Origin: a virus
Strand: one strand, 5' to 3'
IMG/VR virus record: IMGVR_UViG_3300023174_003073
Coordinates: 1-64,000 of that record
DNA length: 64,000 nucleotides
The position numbers and the translations under genes were made by a program. The notes below the pieces were generated by a model. It saw only the letters and a program-made list of their open reading frames with translations. It ran no database searches and was not told the origin of the DNA. Positions 32,941-43,074 of the stretch are shown here, one piece after another (the first letter of the stretch is position 1; every line of letters starts with the position of its first letter).

Positions 32941-35051
32941 AGTACGGCTAAATATTCTTTAAATTTTTTATGACGCTGTTTTACAACATTCGTTGGTTCA
33001 TTGGCATTGATAGCCTTTACAACTTCAGTAGTGTTATTGAAGTTACTAACATTAGGTCTTACTTGATTCTTCCAAAACCATAATGCAATCTTAGCACCAA
33101 CATCTAACCTACTTGCTAATTCAGGATTCTTTACTAATCTATCATCACCAAATATTTGCTGACTTGCTCTGGTATAGTTGTCACGTCCGGTCAACTGAAT
33201 AAAACCACGACCCTTAAATAGTTCCCCATCACCTTTGACTTTATTACCTAATCGTTTTGCTAGTCTAGATTTTTCGTATTTAGCAAATTGTTTTTTACTG
33301 CCCACTTCTTTCATCTTAGAGAAGTCCCAGCTTTCATGTCTAGTCTGTGCCATGAATTGTGCTAGTTCTGAGCCTTTGAGTCCTGCAGCCTTGGCAGCAG
33401 TTTGTAATGCCGCTTCTGCATCACTGTTGTTACTTAGTAATGTAACACCTTCATCTTCTTTGTCATGTGAGAACTTTGGTATCATTGATGAGATTTTATC
33501 TTTCAATGACGGCTCCGGCTTTGCAACTTTAGCAGGCTCTTGCTTAAGAGTAGGCTTTACAGTTGCAGGCATTTTACTAATAGGTTTAGAATAATCAGGT
33601 ACTAGAACTTTTTGTCCTATTTCTAACTTAGTGTTGCGATCCATCTTGTTTAGTTTGTATATCTCTTTTGGATCTGCACCCGTCTGTCTTGCTATACTAT
33701 AAATTGTATCACCTGGTTCAACTATTTGATGAACCATTTGAGGACCTTTAGCCTGAGCACCCATTGCCATAGCACCTGCCATAGCACCTGTTGCTAGTGC
33801 AGATCTCCAATCTTCTTCTAAATCATCTTCCATTATACCAGCAATGCCAGTACCAATACCTGCACTTGCTAGTGTATACTTAATTGTGTCACTCCAACTC
33901 TTTCCATTGATTCTAGACACTACAGTTGGAATCACGGTATTCAATATTGCTTGCAATGCCAAGTTAGTTTGTGCAGGAGTCAATCCCATTTTCTGTGCTG
34001 AACTTAATACACCACCGGCAAGTAATGCACCGATTGTTGTAACAACACCACCTTGAACATATGGGCTTTGTTTTGCTTGTTTAAAAATATCTAGTATCTT
34101 TGATTTGACGGTGGGGTCACTGACCTGACTTAACATCTCTTTTGCAGTACCAACATAGTTGTCAACTGGTTCTTTGCTGATATGTCCGGCATGTTGATAG
34201 AAATCTAATATTGCATTTGCTATTGGATCTTTTAATTTGTCATCACCTTCCGCCACACCTTGCTTTATCCTAGACAATTCGTATATAACTATGTCACCGT
34301 TGTCGGCACGGAAAGCCCTATATCCTAACGCTTTGGAATAACGTTGTACAAGTCTATCGTACAATTTAGCACGGCTTTCTGGATTTGGTTGAGGCTGGTC
34401 AGGCTCATAATATATTGTTGGATCAGTTGCTTTACTAGCTGAGAAACTTAGTTTTTGTGGTTTGTATTTTTTGATGTATTTTTGTATGGCATCCAACACC
34501 GTGGCAAAAATTCGTTGTGCATCGCCCTCGCCTGTGACTTCTTGGCTGTTGTTTCTATAAAACTCAACTTGTACAACTTCTTCACCTTCGTCACCTTGTT
34601 GATTGTTGAACATGATACTTAGATTAGTGCCATCTGGTAATTTTGTGTTTAGGTCAACGTCACCGTAATCGCTTTTCTCCCACTTACCCTTATAAGGATT
34701 GTCAAAGGCTTCCCAAATACGAACATCTTCTCCACGATGTTTATTCCAAAAGCCTGCACCTGCATCAGTTTGGTCATAGCTACGATGTATCTCGTAACCT
34801 TTGCTTTTTGCATAATCATACATTATTCTAGCAATACCTTGACCTTGGTATCTTTCATCAACTTTTAAGTCTTGTGGATCTAGTTCATTGTTGTCGCCAA
34901 TATTAAAGGCAACAGAACCCAATATATTATTACCCCAATCATCAAGTGCATTGATGACTAATACATGACCATTCTTAACCATCTCAATGGTCATGCCCTC
35001 AAAATCTTCTCGGGTTGTTTTGGCTTCTGTGATAAATTCATATGCTCTCAT
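32937..35051 (-). CDS. Multidomain protein: GNAT-like, unknown, helical, LysM, GH19 glycoside hydrolase
   Basis: VDERYQGQGIA (GNAT motif A); VEPGDTIYSIARQ..LN..L.IGQKVLVP (LysM); AQFMAQTRHES, FKGRGFIQLTGRDNY (GH19). Confidence 0.85.
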   Translation of the reverse strand: MRAYEFITEAKTTREDFEGMTIEMVKNGHVLVINALDDWGNNILGSVAFNIGDNNELDPQDLKVDERYQGQGIARIMYDYAKSKGYEIHRSYDQTDAGAGFWNKHRGEDVRIWEAFDNPYKGKWEKSDYGDVDLNTKLPDGTNLSIMFNNQQGDEGEEVVQVEFYRNNSQEVTGEGDAQRIFATVLDAIQKYIKKYKPQKLSFSASKATDPTIYYEPDQPQPNPESRAKLYDRLVQRYSKALGYRAFRADNGDIVIYELSRIKQGVAEGDDKLKDPIANAILDFYQHAGHISKEPVDNYVGTAKEMLSQVSDPTVKSKILDIFKQAKQSPYVQGGVVTTIGALLAGGVLSSAQKMGLTPAQTNLALQAILNTVIPTVVSRINGKSWSDTIKYTLASAGIGTGIAGIMEDDLEEDWRSALATGAMAGAMAMGAQAKGPQMVHQIVEPGDTIYSIARQTGADPKEIYKLNKMDRNTKLEIGQKVLVPDYSKPISKMPATVKPTLKQEPAKVAKPEPSLKDKISSMIPKFSHDKEDEGVTLLSNNSDAEAALQTAAKAAGLKGSELAQFMAQTRHESWDFSKMKEVGSKKQFAKYEKSRLAKRLGNKVKGDGELFKGRGFIQLTGRDNYTRASQQIFGDDRLVKNPELASRLDVGAKIALWFWKNQVRPNVSNFNNTTEVVKAINANEPTNVVKQRHKKFKEYLAVL

Positions 35052-35599
35052 AAATTCTTACCCCAGCGTGTATTGATATGACTCCAGTTCATTATCTTCC
35101 AAGTATTTTCTAAGTATTCTTTTTTATTAGGACCGTAGTCTAAAAAATATGCATGTTCCCACCAGTCAACTAATATAAGAATATCGTCACGAACCTCGTG
35201 GTTTGCAATAGTCTTTATCTCACCGTCATAACTCATGTAAATCCAACCACTACCTTGTATCTTCATGGCTTCTTGTTTGAATTGTTCTTTAAAATCTCTC
35301 CACCAAGTATACTTGCGTTTAATGATTCCTAACACAGGTCCGTTGGGTGTGTTATCTTCTTGTATCTTACGAAATTGACTGAAATAAATGTTGTGCAGGA
35401 AAGCCCCTGCATAGTTGAAATCTTTATCACCTTCACCCTTGTTGTATCGGGTAGCGTATCCATGGGCTAAATCCCCATAGTGATAATCCATTGTCTTTTT
35501 ACTAAGTACTGGATTTAGGCTGGAAAGGTCGTAGGATAGATTGTCTATCTCTAGCTTTTTTGTGCGGGATTCGTTGATTCTCTCTACAATGTCATACAT
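35048..35599 (-). CDS. Fe/Mn superoxide dismutase
   Basis: H...Y, LHNIYF, QGSGW, DWWEHAY; all four metal ligands are present. Confidence 0.88.
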   Translation of the reverse strand: MYDIVERINESRTKKLEIDNLSYDLSSLNPVLSKKTMDYHYGDLAHGYATRYNKGEGDKDFNYAGAFLHNIYFSQFRKIQEDNTPNGPVLGIIKRKYTWWRDFKEQFKQEAMKIQGSGWIYMSYDGEIKTIANHEVRDDILILVDWWEHAYFLDYGPNKKEYLENTWKIMNWSHINTRWGKNL

Positions 35600-35640
35600 A
35601 GTAGAGTATTTATCGCAACTTAGACTTGTGTTAGCCATTA

Positions 35641-35665
35641 AAAAAGAGCCCCGAAAGGCTCTTTT
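35641..35665 (-). terminator. Rho-independent terminator
   Basis: AAAAGAGCC-CCGAAA-GGCTCTTTT. Confidence 0.8.
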
Positions 35666-35705
35666 ACTTAGAAAAATCTATTAAACCAGCGTTTAATGCC
35701 GGAGA

Positions 35706-36353
35706 TTAGTTTCCCAATAAGCTGTCTAATTTAGAATCAACTGCATTCAAACGTGCCTCAATTGCATCTAATGCTGGGTCAGCAGGTGTGGCTACTGCAT
35801 CAGCAATTTGTTGTTGTACTTCTGGAGTAACTGCATCAACACCTGTTGCTGTTGCAACTACTTCAGCTACTGCGGCAACTACTTCAGCTACTGCCTCTGG
35901 AGCCGGAGCTGGCATATCAGCAACTGCTTCTACGATAGCGGCTGTCATTGCTACTGGATCTAATACAATTTGTGGCTCTGCTGTAACAACTGCAACAACA
36001 GCGGCTGTAACCATATCAGCAACTTCAGGATTGATAATAGCATCTGCTTCATGTAGATCAGCAACCACATCTGTTACTATAGCGGCTGCTTCTGGGATAT
36101 CAGCACTTGGGGAAAATACGATTACATCTTCAACTGCTACTGGAGCTTCATCTGCTGGAGAATAAACAATAGCGTCAATATGACTTTCAGTTTTTGCAGT
36201 CATCATATGGTCGATGTGTGCTTCAACTACTGATAATCTTGCATCTAATTCTTCAATGCTTGTGGCATTGTCTGTGTTAACTGATGTTCCAGTTAGTGTT
36301 GCTAATTTGGCTTCAACAGCTACCAATCTTACTGCTAGGTCTTCTAATCTCAT
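35706..36353 (-). CDS. Ala/Val-rich acidic protein with short coiled-coil repeats
   Basis: 215 aa; RL..V[ED]..[LI] occurs three times; AAGGA RBS. Confidence 0.75.
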   Translation of the reverse strand: MRLEDLAVRLVAVEAKLATLTGTSVNTDNATSIEELDARLSVVEAHIDHMMTAKTESHIDAIVYSPADEAPVAVEDVIVFSPSADIPEAAAIVTDVVADLHEADAIINPEVADMVTAAVVAVVTAEPQIVLDPVAMTAAIVEAVADMPAPAPEAVAEVVAAVAEVVATATGVDAVTPEVQQQIADAVATPADPALDAIEARLNAVDSKLDSLLGN

Positions 36354-36446
36354 GGGAATTTCCTTTAAGGTTTTTATCTGTGTGTGTCACCATGACACAT
36401 AAGTATTTAATTACTATTCCATGAATATTGCGTGACAAGTAGAGTA

Positions 36447-37166
36447 TCAGCTCCAATACTTAGATGAGTCTAAACTATCCCAATATTGCTTATTATTGCG
36501 GTTTACAAAGTTCTTAACAAGATACGTAGCCATCCCAAAATATCCCATCTTTTTGAATCTACGACTATCTTGTCCAAAATAATGTTTAATTATTCTAAAT
36601 TTTCTCGGGCTGTATTTGCGAGATAAGAAATAGTCCTCTGAAGTTGACATCTTTTCAGGGAAACCGCCAAATTCTTCAAATCTGTCTCTGCGTGTTAGCA
36701 TGAAAGCACCAACCGCAAATGGACTAAAATGCTTTAAAATTTTATTGATACCATTGAACATAGCAAATCCAATAGTAGCACGTTTGTCACGGTCATAGCA
36801 TTTGATGTTTAATCCGATCAAATCTAAGTTCTTTGATTCCATTTCAGCTACTGCGTCACGGATAACAGTCTCTTTAAAGAAACGAACATCAGCATCAATG
36901 AACAATATGTAGGGTGTAGTTACTAGTTTGGCTCCGTTATTTTTAGCAACACTAACAGGTCCGCCGTCAATGATTTCAACATTTAAGTTACCCTTCATTA
37001 CCTGTATAACTTCTCTAGTGTTGTCTGTAGAACAATCTGCAATAATGACTCTGGTATCTTCTATATCTTGACCACGTAGATGCATCAATAGATGTACTAT
37101 ATAGTTTTCTTCATTCTTACAGGGAACAACAATTGTAATTTTATCACTTAGTTTTGTTTTTTGCAT
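36447..37166 (-). CDS. Glycosyltransferase family 2
   Basis: IVVPCKNEE, ADCSTDNT, LFIDADV, SED. Confidence 0.92.
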   Translation of the reverse strand: MQKTKLSDKITIVVPCKNEENYIVHLLMHLRGQDIEDTRVIIADCSTDNTREVIQVMKGNLNVEIIDGGPVSVAKNNGAKLVTTPYILFIDADVRFFKETVIRDAVAEMESKNLDLIGLNIKCYDRDKRATIGFAMFNGINKILKHFSPFAVGAFMLTRRDRFEEFGGFPEKMSTSEDYFLSRKYSPRKFRIIKHYFGQDSRRFKKMGYFGMATYLVKNFVNRNNKQYWDSLDSSKYWS

Positions 37167-37321
37167 TCTGCTATCACCTTAAAACTTTTAAACTTCAAAT
37201 CGTATTTAACTGTTAATAATGCTTGCTCACAACTTTGTTGATTTGGAAACGTTAGTTCTATTCTTCCTGGTTGATCCTGCGGGTTGTTCGTGTGTACTGC
37301 TATCAATATCATTATCCACAT
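37148..37321 (-). CDS. Small hypothetical protein (57 aa, not in the ORF track)
   Basis: AAGGAG RBS; MWIMILIAVH...F..QQSCEQAL...C. Confidence 0.5.
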   Translation of the reverse strand: MWIMILIAVHTNNPQDQPGRIELTFPNQQSCEQALLTVKYDLKFKSFKVIAECKKQN

Positions 37322-38072
37322 TGTCACTCTCCTTAATCCAAGTAACTATTTCCCAACGACCATCGTGGTGTTCGACCAATGCTGTGCAACTCTCTACCCA
37401 ATCACCATCATTCATGTAAGTAACACCATCAATTTCTTTTATCTCAGCGTGATGTATATGTCCACAAATCACACCGTCGAATCCACGCTTCTTACAATAT
37501 TTGGCTAAGTTTTCTTCAAACTTAAAAATAAAATCTACTGCTTTTTTGACCCTGTGCTTAAGGAAACGGCTAAGGCTAAAGTACCCAAAACCAAACCGAT
37601 GACGTATCCAATTAAACTTGCTATTGAGGCTAAGTATGAAATCATATGCTTTATCTCCTAAAAATGATAACCATGGAGCTAATCTTGTTATGCCATCAAA
37701 CATGTCTCCGTGTACAACTAGATAGTGTTTACCATCTGCGCCAATATGTTCTATTTGATTGTGTATTTCTATTAAGCCAAAGCTGAAACCATATGGTATC
37801 ATTGGTCTTAAGAATTCATCGTGATTGCCTGCAATGAATATTACTTTGGTGCCACGCTTGGCATGACCTAATACTCTGCGTACTACGTTGGTATGCGATT
37901 GTTTCCAACGCCATTTGTTTTGTTGTATCTTCCATGCATCTATGATATCGCCTACAAGATATAGTGTATCACATGAATTGTGTTTGAGGAAGTTATTTAA
38001 TTTCTCTGCTTGAGAATCTTTTGTACCTAAGTGTACATCACTTATAAAGATAGAGCGATAAGTCTTTAGCAT
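37227..38072 (-). CDS. LpxH-like UDP-2,3-diacylglucosamine diphosphatase / metallophosphoesterase
   Basis: ISDVHLG, LVGDIID, GNHD, HGD, CGHIH, NDGDWVESC. Confidence 0.88.
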   Translation of the reverse strand: MLKTYRSIFISDVHLGTKDSQAEKLNNFLKHNSCDTLYLVGDIIDAWKIQQNKWRWKQSHTNVVRRVLGHAKRGTKVIFIAGNHDEFLRPMIPYGFSFGLIEIHNQIEHIGADGKHYLVVHGDMFDGITRLAPWLSFLGDKAYDFILSLNSKFNWIRHRFGFGYFSLSRFLKHRVKKAVDFIFKFEENLAKYCKKRGFDGVICGHIHHAEIKEIDGVTYMNDGDWVESCTALVEHHDGRWEIVTWIKESDNVDNDIDSSTHEQPAGSTRKNRTNVSKSTKL

Positions 38073-38302
38073 AAGCTAGTATTTATCGCCCCATCTATTA
38101 CAGTATTGTTACAATACTATATATTTACTACCGTCCATTTTGCATCAAATGGTTTGCCTTCGGCGCGGTGCTTTAGTATCTTACGAAATTCTTCTAGGCG
38201 AAGTTTCATAATTGCATCTTCATCGTGTCGGACGCAAGCCTGATACAACTTAGAAACTAATTTCTTTTGTTTCATGGCGAGTTCCTCCTTGACTAGTATT
38301 TA

Positions 38303-38518
38303 TTATCGGCGTCGTGTAATACGACCTTTAGTTAAGTCATAGGGGCTGAATTCAACTTCTACAGTGTCGCCCAACAATATTTTAATATCATGCTTACGCA
38401 TACGGCCGCTGATGTATCCCATGATAATGGATCCAGCTTCCATTTCTACTTTGAACATGGCATTGGGTAGTACATCTACTACCTTGCCGTCCATCTTAAT
38501 ACCCTCTTCTTTTGCCAT
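38303..38518 (-). CDS. infA: Translation initiation factor IF-1
   Basis: [21 protein letters not shown]...[26 protein letters not shown]. Confidence 0.95.
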   Translation of the reverse strand: MAKEEGIKMDGKVVDVLPNAMFKVEMEAGSIIMGYISGRMRKHDIKILLGDTVEVEFSPYDLTKGRITRRR

Positions 38519-38830
38519 TTAAAATCGCAACTCCTTTGCTTTTAACTTGATCCACATAAACTCTTTCATAAACTTTTCGTTCTTGGTTACATATCCATAC
38601 ATACCAACTGGATAGGATATTCTATCTTTGACAATTTTGACACCACCGCGTGGTCCTTGCATCCATACCCTGTCACAGTTATGTGACAGTCTGGTTTGCC
38701 CGCCATAATAACCGCCCATCCGCCCCGGGGATGAATACACACCGGCTTTCCAGGAATCGATGTGATCCGTACGGTCTTGTTGTAGTTCAAAATAATAAGT
38801 GCAACGATTATTTTTAATAATTTTAACCAC
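38519..38830 (-). CDS. Hypothetical protein (start uncertain)
   Basis: ORF with QGPRGGVK; probable GTG start overlapping the upstream gene end. Confidence 0.6.
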   Translation of the reverse strand: MVKIIKNNRCTYYFELQQDRTDHIDSWKAGVYSSPGRMGGYYGGQTRLSHNCDRVWMQGPRGGVKIVKDRISYPVGMYGYVTKNEKFMKEFMWIKLKAKELRF

Positions 38831-39212
38831 GGCGCATCCTTGAAATTTCAACTGCTTGTTCATCGCTAAACACAGGTACAGCATTTGACTTGTGCATTGT
38901 AGCAATACCAATGATTTTGTCACCTGTGTACACTTTATGTACAGCGGCAGTAGAACCGCCGGGTGTGCTTAGACTTTTGATTTTTTGTGTCTCACGACCG
39001 GGCGGCGCAGACAATGAATATGTAAGAGTAGGAGCCTTAAGTGCCTTAGCACGTTTTTTTTCTTCGGCTTCAATGCCTTGACGTTTCAACAAATCTTTCC
39101 AAGATTCTTCTAAGTCACGGGCACGTTTGGCTTCTTCGGCATTACGAAACTTTTTTTTGCCTTTGCGTTTGCCACCGAGGCTGAGCCAAGGGCCCTCAAG
39201 ATGCATAGTCAT
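38823..39212 (-). CDS. Hypothetical phage protein
   Basis: YTG..IIGIATMHKSNAVPVF...MRR motif. Confidence 0.8.
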   Translation of the reverse strand: MTMHLEGPWLSLGGKRKGKKKFRNAEEAKRARDLEESWKDLLKRQGIEAEEKKRAKALKAPTLTYSLSAPPGRETQKIKSLSTPGGSTAAVHKVYTGDKIIGIATMHKSNAVPVFSDEQAVEISRMRRG

Positions 39213-39276
39213 AATACGTGGGTCATAGTGTTAAACATGTACATATTATAATCTAAAACGGAATTACTGTCAAGTA

Positions 39277-39657
39277 CTACTTTTTCAGTATAGCCCACAT
39301 CTTTTCTTTCTCAATGATTTCGGCTTCAAGTTCTATATATTGCTTGCGTAATTCTCGCAAGTTTTCCCATTTCTTTTCTAGTGCTTCATTTGGGTGTAAT
39401 ATAGCTAATCGTTCTTCAATGGCTAATAGTGATTCTTTGATTGACTTACCTTTAATAGCAATATCACCTTGAAAAGTAACATCACCTTCAAACTCAGCAT
39501 CACCTTTAACTTTTAATGATGTACCTTCAAGATTGGGATTGGTTGCAATTGAGTAAGTACCATTAGTCATAGTAGTACCCCAGTTAATCCCGTTAGTATT
39601 AGGTGTAGTAACTGTTAGTGGTACTGATGTTCCTGTACTAGTATAAACGTAATTCAT
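39277..39657 (-). CDS. Hypothetical protein
   Basis: IEERLAILHPN..LE..W. Confidence 0.75.
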   Translation of the reverse strand: MNYVYTSTGTSVPLTVTTPNTNGINWGTTMTNGTYSIATNPNLEGTSLKVKGDAEFEGDVTFQGDIAIKGKSIKESLLAIEERLAILHPNEALEKKWENLRELRKQYIELEAEIIEKEKMWAILKK

Positions 39658-39842
39658 TCGTCTTTTCTTGTTAAAATGAACTGCCCCTTAGTATCAACAC
39701 CAAACTCAATGTTGTCACCTGGTTTCCAACCTAACTCTTTTAATAAAGATTTTGGTATAGGCATCAACATATCACCATTTTCATCTTTGTGAGAAATGAC
39801 TTCATAACTTTGTATTTTACCTTCAGGCAGTTTTTTGCTCAT
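39654..39842 (-). CDS. AbrB/MazE-like DNA-binding protein
   Basis: GDMLMPIPKSLLKELGWKPGDNIEF. Confidence 0.75.
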   Translation of the reverse strand: MSKKLPEGKIQSYEVISHKDENGDMLMPIPKSLLKELGWKPGDNIEFGVDTKGQFILTRKDE

Positions 39843-39849
39843 CTAATAT

Positions 39850-40377
39850 TTAGTGATTTAGATAAGGGGCATAGATTTTGTTCAACTGCATTATGGTATG
39901 TTCAGTTGAAGCATCACTATGTTTAATTGCAATACCACCTGCTTCTGCCCAACTATTAAGGTAATAATTGAAGTCATCTACTAATACATTGGGTTGATTG
40001 TCTGTAACAGCATATTGAAATTTACGCTGAGTAAAGATAGCAGTCTGACTAGTGCCCGGATTATATTGGTCTAGCCAATCACGTTTACCTCGTTTACTTG
40101 CTTCGGGTTCATTTCGTAACGGAGCACTTAATACAGTGAACGGAATTTTGTTATCGTGCAACCATTTAATGATAACTTGTCCACCGGGTAGTGGGTTTAA
40201 ATTACGAAACAATTTATATACACTTTCGGGACCTTTAAGGCTTAGTCGTGTTATTGCATCATTTTGGTCTGCAATGTCATCCCAATGAGGTACATTTTCT
40301 AGTTCTGCTACTCGTTGGAATAAATCTGCTTGGACACCGTCCATGTCTAGGTATAAATGTGGCATGTTTAATTTCAT
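39850..40377 (-). CDS. 5'(3')-nucleotidase-like HAD hydrolase
   Basis: YLDMDGVQADL, VLSAP, K..WL, LVDD, W..AGG. Confidence 0.85.
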   Translation of the reverse strand: MKLNMPHLYLDMDGVQADLFQRVAELENVPHWDDIADQNDAITRLSLKGPESVYKLFRNLNPLPGGQVIIKWLHDNKIPFTVLSAPLRNEPEASKRGKRDWLDQYNPGTSQTAIFTQRKFQYAVTDNQPNVLVDDFNYYLNSWAEAGGIAIKHSDASTEHTIMQLNKIYAPYLNH

Positions 40378-40473
40378 AACATAATAGTATCATATTTTAC
40401 ATAAGACTGTCAAAGTTTTTGGGCATAAAAATAATAAATACTACTATAATAATTATAACTTAGGGAGACTAAA

Positions 40474-41025
40474 ATGGCAGAAGTAAAACAAGAAGCAAAA
40501 CCTCTATCTCGTTCAGAGCGTGAGGCATTAATCAAGGATAAAGCAGGATGGGTTATTGTCGTATTTGCGGCACTACTTGCTATCAATACCTACATGGGTG
40601 GTAGTAACAGTGGTAAAGTATTGAACAATACTATTGACGCTAACAACACTTGGAGCTTCTATCAAGCTAAGAGTATCAAAGGTACACTGGCAGAGATGGC
40701 ACGTGATGATGCCGTGGCAAGAGGTGATAAAGAAAAAGTTGCAAGACTACAATCTAAAATTGACCGCTATGAATCTGATCCAGAAACAGGTGAAGGTAAG
40801 AAAGAGTTAATGGCAAAAGCACGTGGTCTAGAAGCCGACCGTGCTGTAGCTAAACTACGCAGTCCGTGGTATACATTTGCAGGTAGCTTGTTCCAAATCG
40901 CTATTGTGTTGTTATCAGCAAGTATCTTAGCAGTTAACAATCGTTTATATACAGCAAGTTTGTATGTAGGTGGTGTAGCAATGATACTAATGAGCCAAGC
41001 ACTTTGGCTTTGGTTACCTATCTAA
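40474..41025 (+). CDS. DUF4337-like membrane protein
   Basis: NTWSFYQAKSIK, FQIAIVLLSASIL. Confidence 0.8.
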   Translation: MAEVKQEAKPLSRSEREALIKDKAGWVIVVFAALLAINTYMGGSNSGKVLNNTIDANNTWSFYQAKSIKGTLAEMARDDAVARGDKEKVARLQSKIDRYESDPETGEGKKELMAKARGLEADRAVAKLRSPWYTFAGSLFQIAIVLLSASILAVNNRLYTASLYVGGVAMILMSQALWLWLPI

Positions 41026-41062
41026 TTTAATGCGGCTATGCCGCATTACCTAAAGGACCATT

Positions 41063-41887
41063 GTGGATCCGTTTACCCTTTTTGCATTAGCCAACGGCGC
41101 AGTTCAAGCCGTTAAGAAGGGTTGCCAACTCTATAAAGACATAAAGAGTGCGGCAGGTGATGTAAAGGGCGTACTTAAAGATTTAGATGACCAGTTTCAT
41201 AAAAAATATGACGGCAAAGAAGTACCTCCGGAAGCTAAAAAACAATTAATTGAAGAAAAGGCGCGTGTTACTGAATTAAACAAACGCAGTGAAGATACTG
41301 CTAATATCTATACTGAAATCGGTGATTACTTGGGTCAGTATTATGACAACTATTTTAAATGTTTAGCCGTACTTGAAGAAGAGGAAAAGCGTAGCAAGAC
41401 TGAAGTCTACACCGGTGGAGATAGTCTAGCCAAACGTGCTTTAAAACGTGTCCTAATGAAAAAGCAATTAGAGCAAATGGGAACTGAATTACGTGAGTTA
41501 ATGATTTATCAATCACCACCTGAACTTGGTGCATTGTTTACTGACGTTGAGGCCATGACCAAAGAACTAGGAGTACAGCAAAAAGTTCTTATGGTTAAAG
41601 AAATGGAAAAAGCCAGATTACGCAAACAACGTCTGGCTCACTATCAATTTGAAATCTCAGTTGGCATTGCAGCAATCGTGTTGGTGTTTGTAATGATGGG
41701 TGTGTTTATGTACATTGCTTATGATGCACAACAACGCTGGGGAGGTGTTTCTAGCACACGATACAGAGATACACTAGAACAAGTAAGAAAACAAGAATGG
41801 TTTGAACATCAGAAGAAGCTACGAGAGTACGAACTTTTCCTACAGCAACAAAAAGCAGAGAAACAAGCAAGTGAATCCAGTAACTAA
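41063..41887 (+). CDS. Coiled-coil membrane protein
   Basis: MDPFTLFALANGAV..., C-terminal TM segment. Confidence 0.8.
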   Translation: MDPFTLFALANGAVQAVKKGCQLYKDIKSAAGDVKGVLKDLDDQFHKKYDGKEVPPEAKKQLIEEKARVTELNKRSEDTANIYTEIGDYLGQYYDNYFKCLAVLEEEEKRSKTEVYTGGDSLAKRALKRVLMKKQLEQMGTELRELMIYQSPPELGALFTDVEAMTKELGVQQKVLMVKEMEKARLRKQRLAHYQFEISVGIAAIVLVFVMMGVFMYIAYDAQQRWGGVSSTRYRDTLEQVRKQEWFEHQKKLREYELFLQQQKAEKQASESSN

Positions 41888-42206
41888 AACACTGTTAATA
41901 GTATTAGGTTCTATTCTTGGTATATTTTTAGTTCCTGCAATACTGATTATATTCCATGAATACATCAATGCCTTTATTTTTATAATATCAGTGCTTGCTT
42001 GTTTTATTCTGTTTGGATACTATTCTTACCAAGAGTTTTACCCAGAGGTAATGCGGAAACAGATAGAGGAAGAATCAATCATACATGGGTTCAATGGTGA
42101 TCCAGAAAAGATACGATTCTATCGGGCATTCAAAAAACACTTTGATGGGGATTTAAATTTAGAACAGTTAAAGAAATGGTTGATTGACCACCCAAGAAAA
42201 CATTAA
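41871..42206 (+). CDS. Hypothetical membrane protein
   Basis: Two TM segments. Confidence 0.65.
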   Translation: MNPVTKTLLIVLGSILGIFLVPAILIIFHEYINAFIFIISVLACFILFGYYSYQEFYPEVMRKQIEEESIIHGFNGDPEKIRFYRAFKKHFDGDLNLEQLKKWLIDHPRKH

Positions 42207-42407
42207 TAACGGGTATACAAAAATACACCAAACAATGTTAATACTGATGCAAATAAAAAGAATAACATAATTATAGCCAATGCTAACCAATAGTTTTCTA
42301 CACCTTCAAGGTGTATACGTAGTTCATCCAATATTGATTCTTTTTTCATATAAATATTTAGAATAAATAAATAAGAGAAATAGTACTATACAATATAGGA
42401 GAACAGA

Positions 42408-42626
42408 ATGGCACAACCAGTAATGGAAATACTAAACAGAATCAAGAATTTACGTCAGTTTGAAATAGAAGTAGATTTACCAGACGGCTTTCATCTAAAT
42501 GGAGTTATTCCATTTGATATGACAATATCAGAAAGTAAGGGTAAGTTTAAGGTTTATGCTGACTCTCTAGCCGATGCAAAAACAAAAGTAGATAGTTTTA
42601 TTCAAAGAAACATTTCAGAAGAATAA
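42408..42626 (+). CDS. Hypothetical protein
   Basis: AGGAG RBS, followed by a terminator hairpin at 42634-42652. Confidence 0.7.
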   Translation: MAQPVMEILNRIKNLRQFEIEVDLPDGFHLNGVIPFDMTISESKGKFKVYADSLADAKTKVDSFIQRNISEE

Positions 42627-42655
42627 CAACATTGCCCCGTAAGGGGCTTTTTCAT

Positions 42656-42901
42656 ATGCGAAATATCATTATATTATCATTATTGTTACTTCCAATAGTC
42701 ACTACTAGCGACATGAATGACTGCGTTAGAATGACCAATCAAGACAAAAAGAATTTTTGTATGGCATCTTATAGTGGGAGTAGCACATTCTGTGATAAAA
42801 TTAAAAATTTTGGTGATAGAACTCAATGTATGAGAATGGTAGTAGCAAAACAAAGACAATCACAATATGGAATGACAAAACAAAAACAAGAAGGAGAATA
42901 A
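42656..42901 (+). CDS. Small secreted Cys-containing protein
   Basis: Signal-like N-terminus, 4 Cys. Confidence 0.65.
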   Translation: MRNIIILSLLLLPIVTTSDMNDCVRMTNQDKKNFCMASYSGSSTFCDKIKNFGDRTQCMRMVVAKQRQSQYGMTKQKQEGE

Positions 42902-43074
42902 TATGAGTTGGTTTAAACATACACCGCCAAAACACCCACCGTTACAAAAACATCACCTACACCCGTATCGTTCTAGCCCTGCAACTCAAAAATCAATGGA
43001 TGAGGCAAAGAAAACAAGACCACCGGATTCAGTACAACGCAAATCTAGCTAAATACTAGTTTACAGGAGCCACT

